The translations under genes and the position numbers were made by a program. Below are positions 24,936 to 26,861 of a stretch of DNA of 26,861 nt, piece after piece. Origin of the DNA: an uncultured Anaerolineae bacterium (GTDB lineage Bacteria > Chloroflexota > Anaerolineae > Anaerolineales > UBA4823); NCBI GenBank assembly GCA_937129505.1, contig CAKZNJ010000527.1, positions 1 to 26,861 on the forward strand. Direction: 5' to 3'. Below the pieces are notes generated by a model, which had not been told where the DNA came from, searched no databases, and saw only the letters and a list, made by a program, of their open reading frames with translations. Position 1 is the stretch's first letter. The number at the start of each line of letters is the position of its first letter.

Positions 24936-24967
24936 CTCACAGCCATGTACAGGTTGAAGAAAAGCTG

Positions 24968-25810
24968 ATGAAAAAGCTTTTGCCAAGGCTTGTCCTGTTG
25001 GGACCAGGTTTAGGTTGGTTGGTCATTTTCTTGCTCGCCCCCTTAGCGCTGATCTTTGCCTACAGCTTTTTCCATCGCGGCGCCTACGGGCAAATTGTCT
25101 ATACTTTCTCGCTCGATAACTATGCGCGCCTTTTCAACCCAACCGTCTTGCGGGTTTTTCTCAACTCGACCCGTCTTGCCTTGTTGGTGACAGGGCTTGC
25201 ATTGTTGCTGGGCTATCCGATGGCTTATTTCATCGCCAATCGGTCGCCGCGCTGGCGGTCACCGCTGCTCATTCTCGTCATTTTACCTTTCTGGACGAGC
25301 TATCTCATCCGTACGTACGCTTGGATTGTGCTTCTCAACCGAGAGGGTGTTCTAAGCCGTCTCCTGCTCTCGCTAGGGATCACGAACGAGCCAATTTCCT
25401 TTTTGTATAACGATGGGGCAATCTTGGTAGGCTTACTTTACGGCTACTTGCCCTTTATGGTGCTTCCTCTTTACTCTTCCATTGAGCGCTTGAACCCGGA
25501 GCTGAGGGAAGCCTCTTATGACTTAGGAGCGACTCCCCTGAGAACCTTCTTTCAAGTGACCCTGCCACTTACCTTGCGCGGTATTGTCACCGGCTCAATT
25601 TTCGTCTTCGTGCCCAGTTTGGGCAATTTCTTCGTCCCCGAACTGCTTGGCGGCGGACAGCGTTTCATGATCGGGAACATGATCAACAACCAATTTCTGA
25701 AAGGGCGCGATTGGCCGTATGGCGCAGCGATGGCTTTTGGGGTGATGACCATCGTATTCTTATTGTTGATCTTTCAGGCTTGGATCATGCGCCACACCGA
25801 TGAGGGATGA
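24968..25810 (+). CDS. potB: Polyamine ABC permease PotB
   Basis: LGYPMAY, LPFWTSYLIRTYAW, YLPFMVLPLY and EASYDLGA (EAA loop). Start placed at ATG 24968. Confidence 0.92.
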   Translation: MKKLLPRLVLLGPGLGWLVIFLLAPLALIFAYSFFHRGAYGQIVYTFSLDNYARLFNPTVLRVFLNSTRLALLVTGLALLLGYPMAYFIANRSPRWRSPLLILVILPFWTSYLIRTYAWIVLLNREGVLSRLLLSLGITNEPISFLYNDGAILVGLLYGYLPFMVLPLYSSIERLNPELREASYDLGATPLRTFFQVTLPLTLRGIVTGSIFVFVPSLGNFFVPELLGGGQRFMIGNMINNQFLKGRDWPYGAAMAFGVMTIVFLLLIFQAWIMRHTDEG

Positions 25811-25817
25811 TCGTGCC

Positions 25818-26597
25818 ATGGCAACGAAACTCCACCGACACGGATTAAGCTTCCACGCTGCAATCGTTTATACCTTTTTGTATGGACCGATTCTCATGTT
25901 GATTGTGTTATCGCTTAACCGCTCTGGCTTACCCACCGCATGGGGAGGCTTCTCGCTTCATTGGTACGCCGAGCTGGTCAAAAACAGAGACTTGCTCGCT
26001 GCTGCGCTAAATTCTCTCCTTGTAGCGGGAGGCTCGACCTTGGTCTCTGCAATTTTCGGCACCTTGCTTGCCTTAGGGTTAGAGCGTGCAGCGCGCAACA
26101 TGGTTTTGGATGCCTTCGTTTTTTTGCCCATGATTATTCCCGATATCGTTCTCGCCATTGCCTTGCTCTCATTCTTCACCTTTCTCGAAATGCCCTTAAG
26201 CCTGCTCACGATAACGATCTCCCATATCGTCTTTAACATTGCTTTTGTAGCGGCAATCGTCCGCACCCGATTGAGCTATTTTGACCTGTCCCTCGAGGAA
26301 GCCTCGATGGATCTCGGTGCTCCCCCTTTAAAGACATTTTTCAAGATCACCTTACCGCTCATTATGCCCGGTGTCATTGCCGGTTCGCTCTTAGCATTTA
26401 CCATCTCACTGGATGAGTTTGTGATCGCCTTCTTTACTGCTGGGCCCTCCCGTCCTACCTTACCGATTCTCATCTACTCGATGGTGCGGTTTGGGGTGAC
26501 ACCAGATGTCAACGCCTTAGCTACGGTGGTGCTCGCTATCAGTGTCATGCTCATCTTGCTCTCTCAACGCCTTGGTGGAACGGAGAAGCTGTTCTAA
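25818..26597 (+). CDS. potC: Polyamine ABC permease PotC
   Basis: [32 protein letters not shown] and [18 protein letters not shown]. Alternative ATG at 25800. Confidence 0.92.
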   Translation: MATKLHRHGLSFHAAIVYTFLYGPILMLIVLSLNRSGLPTAWGGFSLHWYAELVKNRDLLAAALNSLLVAGGSTLVSAIFGTLLALGLERAARNMVLDAFVFLPMIIPDIVLAIALLSFFTFLEMPLSLLTITISHIVFNIAFVAAIVRTRLSYFDLSLEEASMDLGAPPLKTFFKITLPLIMPGVIAGSLLAFTISLDEFVIAFFTAGPSRPTLPILIYSMVRFGVTPDVNALATVVLAISVMLILLSQRLGGTEKLF

Positions 26598-26861
26598 TGA
26601 ACACCAGTCGGGAACTCATTCGAATCGAGGATGTCGTCAAGCGCTTCGGACAAACGATCGCTGCTGACCACATTTCTCTGAATATTCACGAAGGCGAATT
26701 TTTCGCCCTGCTGGGTCCGAGTGGTTGCGGCAAAACTACCCTGCTGCGCATGTTGGCGGGCTTTGAGATCCCCGATTCAGGCCGCATTTTGCTCGATGGC
26801 AAAGATTTGGTGCCGATTAAGCCCTGGCAGCGCCCAGTGAACATGATGTTTCAGTCATATG
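26597..26861 (+). CDS. potA: Polyamine ABC ATP-binding protein PotA (5' part; runs off the window)
   Basis: TAATG overlap with potC; [18 protein letters not shown]...[25 protein letters not shown]...[10 protein letters not shown]. Confidence 0.93.
   Translation, partial: MNTSRELIRIEDVVKRFGQTIAADHISLNIHEGEFFALLGPSGCGKTTLLRMLAGFEIPDSGRILLDGKDLVPIKPWQRPVNMMFQSY

Overview
Bacterial chromosomal window, probably Chloroflexota/Anaerolineae-like (inferred from the Pro/Thr-tethered lipoproteins and the gene families present), GC roughly low-to-mid 50s% by eye. In order: (1) A purine-utilisation end: a CoxM/XdhB-type FAD subunit on the minus strand, absent from the ORF track, that loses family similarity at about nt 175 and runs into 69% GC sequence. 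It is preceded by a structured, riboswitch-like leader and a BMP-family lipoprotein gene. (2) A SerA-like dehydrogenase, an M32 carboxypeptidase, an orphan CheY-like regulator and a Gmad2-like lipoprotein. (3) A repeat-rich spacer and Maf. (4) A stand-alone, internally duplicated decaheme lipoprotein cytochrome c. (5) A compact operon of a UvrD-like pseudo-helicase, an intact UvrD-like helicase, a free-standing Fe-S PD-(D/E)XK nuclease and RecJ with a long C-terminal extension, followed by an ABC1/AarF kinase. (6) A REP-like palindrome cluster and a YwiC-like gene. (7) An Lrp/AsnC regulator, an aldehyde dehydrogenase and a potD-potB-potC-potA (partial) polyamine transporter. The best candidate for an undescribed system is the three-gene 'split AdnAB/AddAB-like' helicase-nuclease module with RecJ. 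No rRNA, tRNA, CRISPR array, transposase or integrase was seen. All family calls come from motif recognition by eye; no database searches were run.
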